Assembly: GCA_012295275.1 (NCBI GenBank)
Contig: CM022676.1
Location: 10,540,001-10,604,000, forward strand
Length of the DNA stretch: 64,000 nucleotides
Direction of reading: 5' to 3'
DNA from: Chrysomallon squamiferum
Lineage: Eukaryota; Animalia; Mollusca
The notes beneath the pieces are model-generated. The model made no database searches and was not told where the DNA came from. It was given only the letters and a program-made list of their open reading frames with translations. Shown piece after piece: positions 54,801-64,000 of this stretch. Both the position numbers and the translations under genes were made by a program. Within the stretch, counting starts at the first letter, position 1; every line of letters starts with the position of its first letter.

Positions 54801-55081
54801 TTTACAGCCATTCCTGTAATTTCACACGGGACTCTGATCTATCTTTTTGATGAAGATTTGTTGTTATTTCTCAAACAAAACAATTAATAATGAAGAATAT
54901 ATTTTGCTTATTGTAAACAATAACAAGTTATAAAATAAAAGAACCATAATCATGCAAATGTCAGTTTAAATAAATAAATAAATAATTAAATAAATAAATC
55001 TTTTAAACTAAATAAGATTACTAAATAAATAATGAGATTATCTGTTGAAATTAACAAAATAACAGAAAAGATTAAGTTTGA

Positions 55082-55112
<31 letters not shown>

Positions 55113-55290
55113 ATTAATAATAAAAATTAAAAACAAAATGAAGTTTATGTATAAAGTTTAACAGAAATAAAATCAAAAAAAAAAATATAATTGTCTCTAA
55201 AGACTTAAAATTACTAATTAACTAAATGTTCTCTGAAACAAGAGACTTAGTTAAATACTAAAATAGTTAATGAAAGGTGCTTTTTGGTGG

Positions 55291-55333
<43 letters not shown>

Positions 55334-55727
55334 ATATATATATATGGCAGCAAGCATTCTTTTCATTCAGTATCAATAACACTCTAAATAACAATACTGT
55401 TATTAGGATTGGAAATTAGTGACAAAACAACGCAAAACACGTAACAACTGCAGTTACGTTATACGGAACAAACTGAAATTAGAAATTCCATTATGAAAAT
55501 CAATAGAATTCTTTCATGTTAAATAAAAAAATTATTATTAAGTTAAACTATTACTAAGTTAATTATGCTAAAATTAATTAAAAGGTAAAAAAAAAAAAAA
55601 AATAAAATAGTTATGTTTACAGATAAATATTTGGTATTCATTTGTTCATTTTTTTTAATATTTCCATTCTGTCCTGTTTTTGCTATGATAACTACAAACT
55701 TAATCTATATACTTTAAATATCTCAGT

Positions 55728-55786
<59 letters not shown>

Positions 55787-57659
55787 ATAATTTAACTTTC
55801 TCACATTTATTTTATTAACCTTTTCAAATTCTTTTCCAAGTTTATATTCACAATAACCATCAAAAAGAATAAAAACTACAAATTCCATTGTTCTCTGAAA
55901 TATTTTTAATCTTTATTCAATGACCAAATAGGAAACTAAGAACAAACAAACACAAAATGTCAAGAAATCAAATTACCTGCGTCTCTGTTTGGGTTGCTCT
56001 GTTTTCTGCCTGGGAGGGGGAGGCCCAGGCCTGTCCCCGCCCGGGACTTGCGGTCCCCCTTCTTGTGTTTGCCACTGCAAGGCTCCAGTAACTCATCCAC
56101 ACACTGTTTGTGAATATTAATCTCACACACTGCAAGTTGAAAAAAAACAAATTATAATAATGACTTAAAGATGATGATGATGAGCATAATGCTGCTGCTG
56201 CTGATGATGATAATGTTTGTGAATATTAATTTTACACACTGAAGGAAAAAAGCACCAGTTATAATAATGATGATGATTATGATGAAAACAGTGATAAATA
56301 GAAAATACTTTAACTGAAATTGAAAATTTTAATAAAGGGAGATAATTTTAGTTATTTTAAAAAAATCTTTAAGATGATAAAAGATTTCGGTAAGGGGAGA
56401 TAACAAAACAGTGATAAGATGAAAAACTACTTTTACAGACATTGAAAGCCACGAAAAACAGTTACTTTGATTTTTAAACTTACTAAAAAGGGTGGTCTAA
56501 ACGATAAAAGAGCTTTGTAAGGGGAGATAACAACAAAATAATGATAAGATGTAGAATACTTACACTGACACTGAAAGCCTTGGTAGCCGACGCCCCAGAT
56601 CAACCCCCCACACTGGTTACAGAATGTGACAGTGGAGTAATGTTGTGACACCAACTGGTGACCTTTATGAGTCTACAATATAAAAAAATATATATATATA
56701 TCAAAACAATTACAACAAAAATAAAAAAAATAATAAAAAAATATTAGTACTGAATAATAATAGAAACATAGAAACAATGTCCACAGCAACAATAAAGTAA
56801 AGCAAAATAATAATAATAATAATTAAAGAATATTTTATTTTATTACTTCAAGCATGTATAAAATACAGCTTTGTTAATTCACTTGTCAATATACAATCTC
56901 ATCTGTTTCAGAATTTGAAAAGTACTGACATCAACAACCACAAGATATAATAATAATAATAATAATTTGTTGGTTTCTTTTTAATTTTAAACTGAAACTG
57001 AAAAGCGAGGTAATAGGAGATAATTTACACTGCTTTTTTAAAATAAACAAAATCTTTAATAATAATAAATTTTCGGTTTGTTTTTAAATTTAAATTAAAT
57101 TATTATTTATTACAATTATAAGATAATTCAGATGTTAGTAATTACCCTTCCTTTCCCTGATTTCCCTGGCAGAAACTTCAATCCTTTCTTGTCCTTCATA
57201 ACAAAACTCTGCACTCTCTCCATGGGGACTGACTTGGTCATGCCCACCTGTCTGAGAAATGTCACAAGAGCCCAGCCCATCGCCTGATCCCTGTCTGACT
57301 TTATGTTCTCCTTCCTGCAGTCAAATAAATAAATACATACATAAATAAATGAATGAATGAAGGAATGAAGGAATGAATGAATGAATACATAAAGAGACAA
57401 ACAAATAAACAAACAAATAAATAAATAAATAAATAAATAAATAAATGAATAAATAAATATTTGAATAAATAAGTATGGAGATATGTAAAGAGACAAACAA
57501 ATAAATAAATTACTTAATAAATAAATAAACAAATAAATGAATAAATAAATAAATAAATAAATGAATAAATAAATAAATGATTGAATATTTTTTTATTTAT
57601 CTAAATAAAGAAATAAATAAATAAAAAAACCTATATAAGAAGAAAATATTTTCATCTGA

Positions 57660-57747
<88 letters not shown>

Positions 57748-57892
57748 GGTTACTTACGAGAATCGATCTAAATGTGGCACCAAATATTTCTCTATTGCTT
57801 TCTGTTCCTTCGCTTTGTCCATGTCTTCCTGTAGTTCATGTGCCCCATAAATATTTCCTAAACCTAAACAAATAAATAAATAAACAGATACA

Positions 57893-57923
<31 letters not shown>

Positions 57924-58201
57924 ATACATAAATAAATAAACAAATACAAAAATAAATACATAAATAATTAAATAAGTACCAAAATAAATAAATAAATTCA
58001 ATAAATATTTAAAGATTAAAAAATTAAAGAAAGATGAAGTAACAACACTGTTGCAGTTATTCAAATAATAACCACAATAATAATGGTGAAGAATGGTAAC
58101 AAAACTGGTTGATATTTAACACTTATAATAGTTGCAGCAGTGACAAAAACACTAATAACAGTTAAAAACAATAATATTAACAGTAATAATACAGTAGTAG
58201 C

Positions 58202-58268
<67 letters not shown>

Positions 58269-58347
58269 GTAATAACAATGAAAGTATTAGTAAAATATAA
58301 TAACAATACTATGATGATGATAATGATTATGATAATAACAATAATAA

Positions 58348-58409
<62 letters not shown>

Positions 58410-59006
58410 AAATAATAATAATAATACAACATAAATAGTAATAATAATAACAATATTATGATGATCATAATGAAAGTAACAGTAACAACAACAACAACAA
58501 TAATAAACAGTAATTAACCCATACCGAGATCTTTCTTGCTTCTGAAGTCGAGCAGCAGGTCCTGAATCTCAGTCTTCACTGCCTGCCTCGCCGAGTCAAA
58601 CATGGACCTCAGCGCCGTCTCGCTCGACGATGTCAGCGTGTTTACCACGGTGTTCAGCATCTTCTCCTCAACACTCTCGATTTTCAGAGGCTGCAAATTG
58701 TCACAGAACTTTTATTAGTAAGTATTATCTTGATGTATTAGTGCTCTTAAACCAGTGATAATAATGGACAGTAATAGGAATAAGTATATACTCGCTCACT
58801 CACTCACTCCTTCATTCTCTCTCCCCCTTACCCCCTCCCTCTCTCCATACCCCTCTCTCTCTCAAAAATTCTTTCTGTCTCTTTCATACATTGTCTTTAT
58901 ATTTGCATAAACAAAAGAATGTATGTATATATGTATGTATGTATGTGATGTGTGTGTATATATATATGTATACATATATATATATATATATATATATCTA
59001 TGGGTA

Positions 59007-59037
<31 letters not shown>

Positions 59038-59857
59038 GATGCAATGCAATGTATGTATGTATGTGTGTGATGTGTATATGTGTGTGCATTAAAATTTCTA
59101 TCTCTTAGTTCACAAACTCATGGGAGCATAAGAAAATACATTTAAAAATTTTGAAATACTAAATTCAAAAGTTATTTTACTTACAGCATTTGCTGCTAGA
59201 AAAGTTGAATAGATTTCATACGCCCACTTGCGTAAGTCCTTGACATTGCCCTGCGCATGTGAATACACGTCTGACACAATGTAGAAAAACTGAAAAACAG
59301 AAAGAATGGATGAGTTAGAAGAGACGAAAAGGAGGAATAAAAGTGAAAGAATGAATAAAAAAAACAATTTAATGATAATGATGATGATGATATAATAATA
59401 ATAATAATAATAATAATAGCATTAGTACAGTAGTAGTAGTTGTAGTAGTAGTTATAATAATTGTAATAGTAATGATGATGATAATAACAATGATGATGAT
59501 GATGATATTAAATAGTGATAATAAATATAATCGTAGTGCTACTGTTCCTCCACCACCACTACTACAACTACTACTACTACTACTAATAATAACAATAACA
59601 ACAATATATATGAAGAGAGAGAAAAGGAAAATAAAAAAAAGAAAAGAAATAAAAAAGAAAAGAAAAATAAAATCTACGAGAAAAAGGATGGGAGAAAGAG
59701 TAAAGAAAAGGAAAAATGAAAAATAAGAAGTAGAATTTTCTTTTCTCACCAGTGAGGAAGGGTCACTGTTAGAGATGAGATAGTGTAGGAAAATTGAAAG
59801 ATGTGCGGGTTTCTTCTCTAGTGACGTGATGTCGACAAAGGGCCCAGGATCACTCGA
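30697..59857 (-). CDS. ARHGEF12: Rho guanine nucleotide exchange factor ARHGEF11/12-like (RhoGEF2 type: RGS-like, C1, DH, PH); 5' end outside window
   Basis: GT-AG exons with consistent phases except around 44.6-46.3 kb: 59750-59857, 59185-59289, 58525-58690, 57758-57863, 57146-57314, 56564-56672, 55977-56129, 54024-54134, 50434-50563, 49836-49878, 49443-49474, 49140-49217, 48761-48924, 48023-48169, 47280-47359, ~46199-46320 (garbled), ~45498-45582, 44507-44686, 43570-43843, 42735-42822, 42104-42238, 41230-41435, 37062-37165, 35637-35781, 33631-33734, 32057-32276, 30697-31658. Motifs PAHLSIFLHYL, KKRQEVLNELFYTERAH, MQRLTKYPLL, VLLFEDILVLLQKQDDK. Confidence 0.93.
32325..32900. repeat. Intronic minisatellite, roughly 35-40-bp unit, decaying rightwards
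   Basis: Repeated atatgtgagaagtataaagataaaatagtaccagtgtt. Confidence 0.88.
33255..33562. repeat. Intronic minisatellite, 24-bp unit
   Basis: atgagaattataaagacattatag, about 12 copies. Confidence 0.92.
37535..37665. mobile_element. Diverged SINE-like interspersed repeat fragment
   Basis: Its end (ggttggaacgaga) recurs at about 18715 and as the reverse complement ttcccgttccaa at about 5023 and 17433. Confidence 0.45.
37820..37888 (+). mobile_element. Degenerate tRNA-derived SINE head
   Basis: A-box-like ctcagattatggttaag and B-box GGGTTCAAATCC at tRNA-like spacing; no clean cloverleaf. Confidence 0.45.
42104..43843 (-). CDS. ARHGEF12: RhoGEF PH domain exons (3 exons)
   Basis: LDLLQHKLVHD...RNVAVDKKAFFVV...PQIYEFVAESQDQRKKWLKHI. 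Confidence 0.9.
42262..42620. repeat. Degenerate minisatellite, ~20-bp unit
   Basis: aaagtaatgtaaagttacat variants. Confidence 0.8.
44507..48924 (-). CDS. ARHGEF12: RhoGEF DH domain exons (partly garbled)
   Basis: RQEVLNELFYTERAHVRNLKIL ... QRLTKYPLLIDQLLKYT ... ILAYVNQAVKECEN. Confidence 0.88.
45270..45800. repeat. 68-bp tandem repeat built from a DH exon end and its splice donor
   Basis: cacttactttgagtgtattttaa at 45355, 45423 and 45491, with more degenerate copies on both sides. Confidence 0.88.
46405..46845. repeat. 48-bp minisatellite
   Basis: aactgaaattaatttttaaaatactttaaataaaattcagtctaagtg, e.g. at 46602 and 46650. Confidence 0.9.
51299..51595. mobile_element. MITE-like non-autonomous DNA element
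   Basis: Terminal inverted repeats TGTGACCCAT / ATGGGTCACA, followed by TA; internal gtcttaagtcat shared with the 61507 copy. Confidence 0.6.
53270..53965. repeat. Degenerate irregular repeat array
   Basis: Many variants of aactgaatgtttcaaccaa. Confidence 0.75.
55977..56672 (-). CDS. ARHGEF12: RhoGEF C1 zinc-finger exons (2 exons)
   Basis: GHQLVSQHYSTVTFCNQCGGLIWGVGYQGFQCQLCEINIHKQCVDELLEPC fits the C1 His/Cys pattern. Confidence 0.92.
57146..59857 (-). CDS. ARHGEF12: RhoGEF RGS-like (RH) domain exons (5 exons)
   Basis: GPFVDITSLEKKPAHLSIFLHYL / WAYEIYSTFL / DLLLDFRSKKDLGLGNIYG, typical of G12/13-regulated RH-RhoGEFs. Confidence 0.9.
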
Positions 59858-60527
59858 CTGCAAGTAAAGTAAAAATAGTTTTGTAGACATGTCGACAGCA
59901 ACATCAAACATACAACGGCATTATCTGTGACAGAGCAATAAAATAAAATAAAATAAAATAAAATAAAATAAAATAAAATAATGTAAAATAATAAATAAAT
60001 AAATAAAACATCATTAAAATATAAAGTAACTAAAATACATTATTTTAGTAGTTTTTTTTATCTGTTTTCTTCTTTGTTAAGATTACAAATATATTTTGTA
60101 TCTGCTACCATCAAATTGTATTTGATAAACAAACTAGGTTTTGGGGTAGAGTAAAAAAAAATTTAATTTAGAACTGCCAAATACAGTCAACTTTTTATAA
60201 ACTTGAGCAATTTTTGAATTAATTTTAAATTATTAATATTAAATGATAAAATCAGTAATAATAATAATAACGTTAATGTCCGCCTAATCCATAAATGTTA
60301 GTAACTAAAAGCCCCAATAACCTGAGACTAATTACAAATATAAAATTCCACCATTTATATACATAAATAGATATAAACATATACCAACTGCAAAAGCAAA
60401 ATATACATTAATGTAGATCATTCCTATACATAGTTACAGATTTCTAAATAATAAAAAAATTACATTAAAAAATAAAAAAATAAAAAAAATAAAAAAATAT
60501 ATAATAAATAATAAAAAATAAAAAATA

Positions 60528-60559
<32 letters not shown>

Positions 60560-61185
60560 TAACAACAAGAGCAATAAATAAATAAATAAATAAAAACATA
60601 TAACAGTATTATTATAATATATGTATTCATGTTCTGTGTTGGACAGAAGAGAAAGTATCCTGTAGGATAATTTGAAATAGATGTTCCTCTAGGATAATGT
60701 ATCCTTCATACTTTTCTAATATTCTCTGCTCTGGCTGGCAAAATAATATATTTGGGATAGTTTCATTTAGAATGAAAACCATTCAAATTCTTATTTGTAT
60801 ATATATATATATATATATAAATGTGAATCCTTATTTGTTATGTAGTGCTGTACATAAAAATGTAAAAATAATCCATTTGAATGTAAGCATATTCATTAGT
60901 ATATATAACGATGAATTTTTTATTTGTATATAATGATAAATTCATTTACAAATAACAATGCAGTCTTTTAAATCTTATCACACCCAACAGCCAATCTGGG
61001 GTGTGGTTAAAACATTCATTCATTCACTGAATAAATGTTCATGAATTAATTTATATACGACTATTAATTCATTTGTATATAACCGTGAATTCATTCACAA
61101 TATAATAATGTATTCATTTACATACAACTAGGAATTCACTGATATAATTCCAGAGGGTAATTCCTTTGAACATCCTCATGAATCC

Positions 61186-61228
<43 letters not shown>

Positions 61229-61506
61229 TGAATTCACAATTAAATAACAGCATATCCATCATGTGTGAATGTGCATATGTGCATGTCACCGATTTCGCTG
61301 TTTTATATAAATAAATTCATGGAAACAGAAGTCAGTGAATACAGAAGTGAAACATTTGTAGTTTTTGGTTTTGATAAGCTGGAACATGCTTCCTATTACT
61401 TAGTGCAGGATGAACAAGAACCCATGACCTTAGTTCAGTAACAAAAACTCAGTCAGTGTGTAAACTGCTGAAATGTAGACATGTGATAAAGCCAGCAAAT
61501 GAAATG

Positions 61507-61914
61507 TGTGACCCATCCCAGCAAAAGAGGTCTTAAGTCATATTTAAGTTAAAATCTGAGTTAACATTTTTTCTGCTTCCTGATTCTGACTCTGTAAGCT
61601 TGATTTTGATTCTTCTTTCAATCTCTGCATCATGTTGGTAAATGTGGTGAGAAATTCTGTGGTTTTTTTCCCCATTAAATCAAGCATCCAGCAAATAACA
61701 GTGTTCATGAAAGGTGCTCTAAAAGATGCTTTAGGATTTTAACAGGTATCACTGTCATCACTGAATCAAAGAGACAAAATGTGTGTGTGTGTGTGTGTGT
61801 GTGTGTTTTTAGCAACATATCAAAATGGAAATTTTTTTGTCACTTCATTACTGTCAGCTAAAGTTCAAAATTTGGTCATGTGACTTGAGACGTGATTTGT
61901 CATGTTGGGTCACA
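61507..61914. mobile_element. MITE-like non-autonomous DNA element, same ends as 51299
   Basis: TGTGACCCA...gtcttaagtca left end pairs with tgacttgagac...TGGGTCACA right end, followed by TA. Confidence 0.65.
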
Positions 61915-63003
61915 TATGCTAAAAGCTACAGATATTTTAAAAGTTTGGTCTAACACAATTTATTTCTCTCTCTCTCTCTCTCTCTCTGTATATATATATA
62001 TGTAGCTTGGTTGCAAAGATATCTGGGTTGAACTCTTGATAATGGATACTAACAAAATTAACTTTGACAAGTCACTTTTTTTTCTTTTTTTCCCCTCTAT
62101 AACTAACTGTTTAACATTCTAATAAACTATCTTCATATCATAACCCACATTCCCAGACTGTGCAAGCAACATGGAAAAATAGAAAATTAATTATTAAAAA
62201 AGTTCTCCATCCTAAAAAATAAAGAACCTTGTTACAGTCATAATAATGATTAAAAATAAAACAAACACTCCAAGAAAAAAAAAAAGTAAAGTATAAAGAA
62301 TATAAAGTGGTAAAAAGTTATTGTGATATGAGACCAAGGTAAGTGGTTTTGTTAAATTTTGGAATAAGGAAGTTACTGGAAAGCTATAAATATAGGTGGC
62401 TGTTATTGTTATTTTGTGCAGACAGTAATAAGATTAATTTTAAATTTTAACTTATTTATTTATTTTATTTTTAGACATAATTATTGTAAAAGAAAAATAA
62501 CCAAAAAAATGTTGAACTTTAGTAAAATAAAATAATAAAATAGAAGCTCATAATATCAGAAGTTCAAAAAAAATTAGAAGATAAAAATGTTTATATTTAA
62601 ATAATCATTAAAACTAGATAATGAATAAAATATAAATAAATAAATTAAAAAGAAATTCATCTGTATTTCATACTCTAAGAAGAAAAAAAATGAAATGTAA
62701 CCAAAAATTTTTTTTTTTTACTAAAATAAGTAACGTTTTATTTATTAATTTTATATCTATATGTATATCTATATATATATTAAATATAGAACTTTTATCT
62801 AAGAATACTAAAAAAATATATTAAAATAATAATAAAATAACCCTAATAAACTAAATAAATAACAAAAATGAATAGATAAATATTAAAAAAAAAAAAAAAA
62901 AAAAATAATAATCCGATTTAGTTGTAAACTGCACAAAATAACAGATCATAGAAAGCAAATATTAAAAAGCTTTAAATGAGGAAAGGAAGTAAAGGGAGAT
63001 AAC

Positions 63004-63060
63004 CTCTAGGGTCTGCAGTTTGCTGAGTAGAGGGGATACAGAACCGATAGTGCCTTCCAG
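63004..63060 (-). CDS. Candidate upstream RhoGEF exon (LEGTIGSVSPLLSKLQTLE)
   Basis: tttctag acceptor, 57 nt open, phase 0 matches the next exon; weak GTTATC donor. Confidence 0.5.
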
Positions 63061-63829
63061 CTAGAAATCAAAATATTTTATCTTTAATAAATAACTACAA
63101 AAATTCTTGTCATGGAGATAAATATATATTGTTCGTAGTATCTCTAAAATGGTTTAATTATTTAAAAAAAAAAATAAAAAAAAAAAAAATTAAAATAAAA
63201 ATAATAAGAATAAGAATAAGAATAAGGATAACAATTAAAAAAAAAAAAAAAAAAAAAAAAAATAAATAAATAATAATAATAAATAAATAAATAAATAATA
63301 AGAATAAGAATGAATAATAATATAAAATATAAATAAAATAAATAATATGAATGAAAAATAATAAATAAATAACTAAATAAAGATACAGAAGTATATTTTG
63401 CACACACTTCGGTAGGCAGATGTTTATAAACTCTTCAAAGCACTGGAAGGTTAAGGAAAACAAGACATGATGCAATTAATGCAGGTCTTGACAAATTAAT
63501 AAATTACTGCCAACAACAACAGCAACAACAATGACATCATCTCTTTGATAAATTAAGAAAACTTCATATCTGAATTTCTTTTTCTTTTTCAGAAAATTAA
63601 AAAAAATAATAATAATAAATAAATAAATTAAAATTAAAATTAAAAAATTACAACATCTAAAATGACTGAAGCATCAGGTTTTCTTAATTTACTTACATAC
63701 AGGAATAAACAGATTAGTATTAATGTTGATAACAACAACAACAACAACAGCAACAACAACATTAATAATAATTATAGAAATAATAACAGTAATAAATAAT
63801 AATAAATAATAATAATAGTAGTAACAGTA

Positions 63830-63860
<31 letters not shown>

Positions 63861-64000
63861 TAAAAACAAAAATAACAAATACAGTAATAATAACAGTACA
63901 CAAAATTTAAAAGGAAATAATAATAATAATAATAATAACAACAATAATAATAATAATAATAACTATAATAACAACATTAACAAAAACAATAACAATAATA

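Overview
AT-rich, microsatellite-dense animal genomic DNA with spliceosomal introns. An invertebrate, probably a mollusc, is an inference from composition and repeat style. Left part (1-26.6 kb, CpG retained): a dispersed cluster of nine tRNA-Trp(CCA)-derived copies on both strands. Six are full length, two are 5'-damaged, and one is split by a poly(A)-tailed 72-nt insertion with a 13-bp target-site duplication. The cluster is interleaved with a six-exon, phase-consistent + strand gene for an unrecognised 255-aa Cys-rich protein (12641-23250), a Tigger remnant, and a decayed transposase-like ORF beside the split tRNA. Right part (30.7-63 kb, CpG-poor introns): the 3' ~27 exons of a minus-strand RGS-C1-DH-PH RhoGEF (ARHGEF11/12, Drosophila RhoGEF2 type); part of its DH region (44.6-46.3 kb) is garbled, probably by assembly error. 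Most ORFs in the supplied track are translations of simple repeats. Best novelty candidates are the retro-insertion in the tRNA-Trp anticodon arm, the neighbouring transposase remnant and the orphan tRNA-hosting gene. All exon structures were derived by hand; no database search was possible.
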